Positions 61,877 to 64,000 of a DNA stretch of 64,000 bases are shown piece by piece. Numbering within the stretch: position 1 is the stretch's first letter; each line of letters opens with the position of its first letter. The notes under the pieces are model-generated. The model was given only the letters and a program-made list of their open reading frames with translations. It searched no databases and had not been told where the DNA came from. The position numbers were made by a program, and so were the translations under genes. The stretch lies in the NCBI RefSeq assembly GCF_009914755.1, contig NC_060930.1. One strand, 5' to 3'. This stretch comes from the human T2T-CHM13v2.0 reference genome, Homo sapiens.

Positions 61877-63264
61877 GGAAAACTACCCTAAGGCAAACAT
61901 TATATGAAAGATAATACATTATGTTCAAAGCTTCAAAGTTATATTTAACATTAAAAATTTCATTAATGTGTTGTCAGTTGGTGATAATCACAGAAACTAT
62001 GTGTGAAAATTCAACATTTAGTCATAACAAAACCAATTATCAATTTAGGAATAGAAAATTCCTTAATGTTACAAAGTTATCTATAAAAAATGAATGTAGC
62101 ACATAAATTTGTAATATAAATGCATTGAAGGCATTCAGAAGCTAGACAAACTTGCATATTGCCTTTCTTTTCAACATTATACTCAATGTGTAAGGCAGCT
62201 TTTGGCAAGAAGAACAAATAAAGCTAAAATAGAATATGGTCATTATATAAAGATATAATTATCTATATAGAAAAACCAAAATAAATGGCTGATGTATTAT
62301 TTCAAGTAGTCAGTGAAATTTAGCAAAATTTTCAAAACTGTGACATAAGTCATAGTACAAAAATCAATTTCATTTATATACTCCTGCCTCAATCAAGTAG
62401 AAAGCATCATTGTGAAAATAATATACAATAGGATAACAAGTGTAGCTCTCATTTTTACCCTAAGTTATTTATAAATCCAAATGAATTCCAATTAATATCT
62501 CCACATAATTATTTTTCTGTCACTTTCTCTGTTCCTTTTAGAGAGTGAAACATAAGGGGATGATTCTAAATTGATACGGAACAGCAACCAAACCCTCCTA
62601 AAGAAGAAAGACCTGGGGATGGAGGGGTGGGATTTACCTTACTAGTTATCAACAATTATTATAAAGCTGTATTTAATAACACAATAGGGTATTGATATCG
62701 ATAGAAAAATTGAGTGAAGGGAAAGACCTACCTGCACATTGACACTTGATTTATAACAGAGTTTCACTCAAGAGCAATTGAAAAGAATAGACTTTCAAGA
62801 AATTCTGTCATACATTGGTTATCTATATGAAGAAAATAAAAAATGTGTCTCCTGATGCATAGTAGATACATGTTTATGGTGAATTGTCTAGGAATGGAGA
62901 ATATGGCAGATGTTCACAAAGAAGGAGATACAGTTCTTTGACCTACACTCCCAAGAAATTGAGTAGTGCCTAAGTATGAATATTTGAAAATATTTGTTTG
63001 GAAATTAGAGAAAGAACAAGCTTCATGATGTTAGGGTAAAATCACCTATTTAAGAGCCTTATAAACATTTTATACTATTTTAATTTTTTTGAAGTTAAGT
63101 GTTAGTGCTTTACTTTGGTACCCTCTATGAGTTTGCTAATATCTTGGACAAAAGAAAAAAGTAGCCTTTCTATTTTTTAGAGATGAACTTCATTGTAATT
63201 GTTATGTACTATTTTAGGTACTGAAAAGACTGAAAGTGACAAAGAATAGATATCTACAGTTTTT

Positions 63265-63564
63265 GTCTGTTTCTTTGTTTTTTGTTTTTGAGATCGGTTC
63301 TCACTCTGTCACTCAGGCAGGAGTGCAGTGGTGTGATCACAGCTCCCTCAACCTCCAGGGCTCAAGTGATTCTCCCACTTCAGCCTCTTTAGTAGCTGGA
63401 ACTACAGATGTGCATCACCACACCTGCGAATTTTTTGTACTTTTTTTTTTGTAGGGACAGGGTTTCACCATGTTGCCTAGGTTGGTCTCAAATTCCTGGG
63501 TAATCTGCCTACCTTGGCCTCTCAAAGTGCTGGGATTACAGGCGTGAGCCACAGCACCCAGCAT
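63265..63564 (-). mobile_element. AluJ
   Basis: GATCACAGCTC and GGGCTCAAGTGATTCTCCCACTTCAGCC. TSD GATA(T/G)CT(A/C)CAGTTTTT at 63249-63264 and 63565-63580. Confidence 0.9.
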
Positions 63565-64000
63565 GATAGCTCCAGTTTTTATTGAGCTTATTCAAAAACG
63601 TAATCATAATAACTACAGGTAAAATTCAAATACAATTTAGTTTTGATATCTAGATGGCATTCTTTTGTGAATATCTGTAAAAACATGTTTGTGTCTGTAT
63701 GTGCATTTATTTTCGGAGTCTTAAAAGCATCTATGCGTCAATGTGATAGCACAAAAAAACTGCCAAATATTCACTGATAACACTGCATTAATTGAGCACT
63801 AGTCCGGCTTGTGTAAAACGGCTGGTGGTATTCTGTAATCACCAGTACAGTCTTCCCTCTAGAAAGTCAAATTCAATGACATTCTGTACATACTGCAGTT
63901 TTAAAAGTATCATTCCACTCTTAAGACATTAAAAACTGCATTATAAACATTCATAGTTGTGATGTGACTTCAGTCTGGAAGGACAAATGTACAAATGTAT

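Overview
AT-rich, repeat-dominated human genomic DNA, intergenic or deep intronic. Two AluYb8 elements (a human-specific subfamily) identify the species. I see no host protein-coding exon, tRNA, rRNA or CRISPR array. Almost every ORF in the track is a by-product of Alu, L1, MaLR, HERV-L or simple repeats. The only recognisable protein remnants are an L1 ORF2 C-terminus (2.7-3.7 kb) and a decayed HERV-L gag-pro-pol (35.9-40.0 kb). Notable structures: (i) two ~97-98% identical AluYb8 copies head-to-head only 2.1 kb apart, enclosing a second inverted Alu pair; (ii) a 37-bp-arm fold-back hairpin inside an MLT1 LTR at 46678-46780; (iii) a perfectly homogeneous 27-bp VNTR whose unit is itself a hairpin (41989-42245); (iv) a three-layer nested LTR stack (MER57 > THE1D/MST > HERV-L) fused by a deletion; (v) several nested insertions with readable target-site duplications (TSDs); (vi) a CpG-retaining, motif-rich unique segment near 26 kb that may be an enhancer. 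I cannot support a new multi-gene biological system here. Subfamily names come from recalled consensus sequences and need RepeatMasker/Dfam confirmation.
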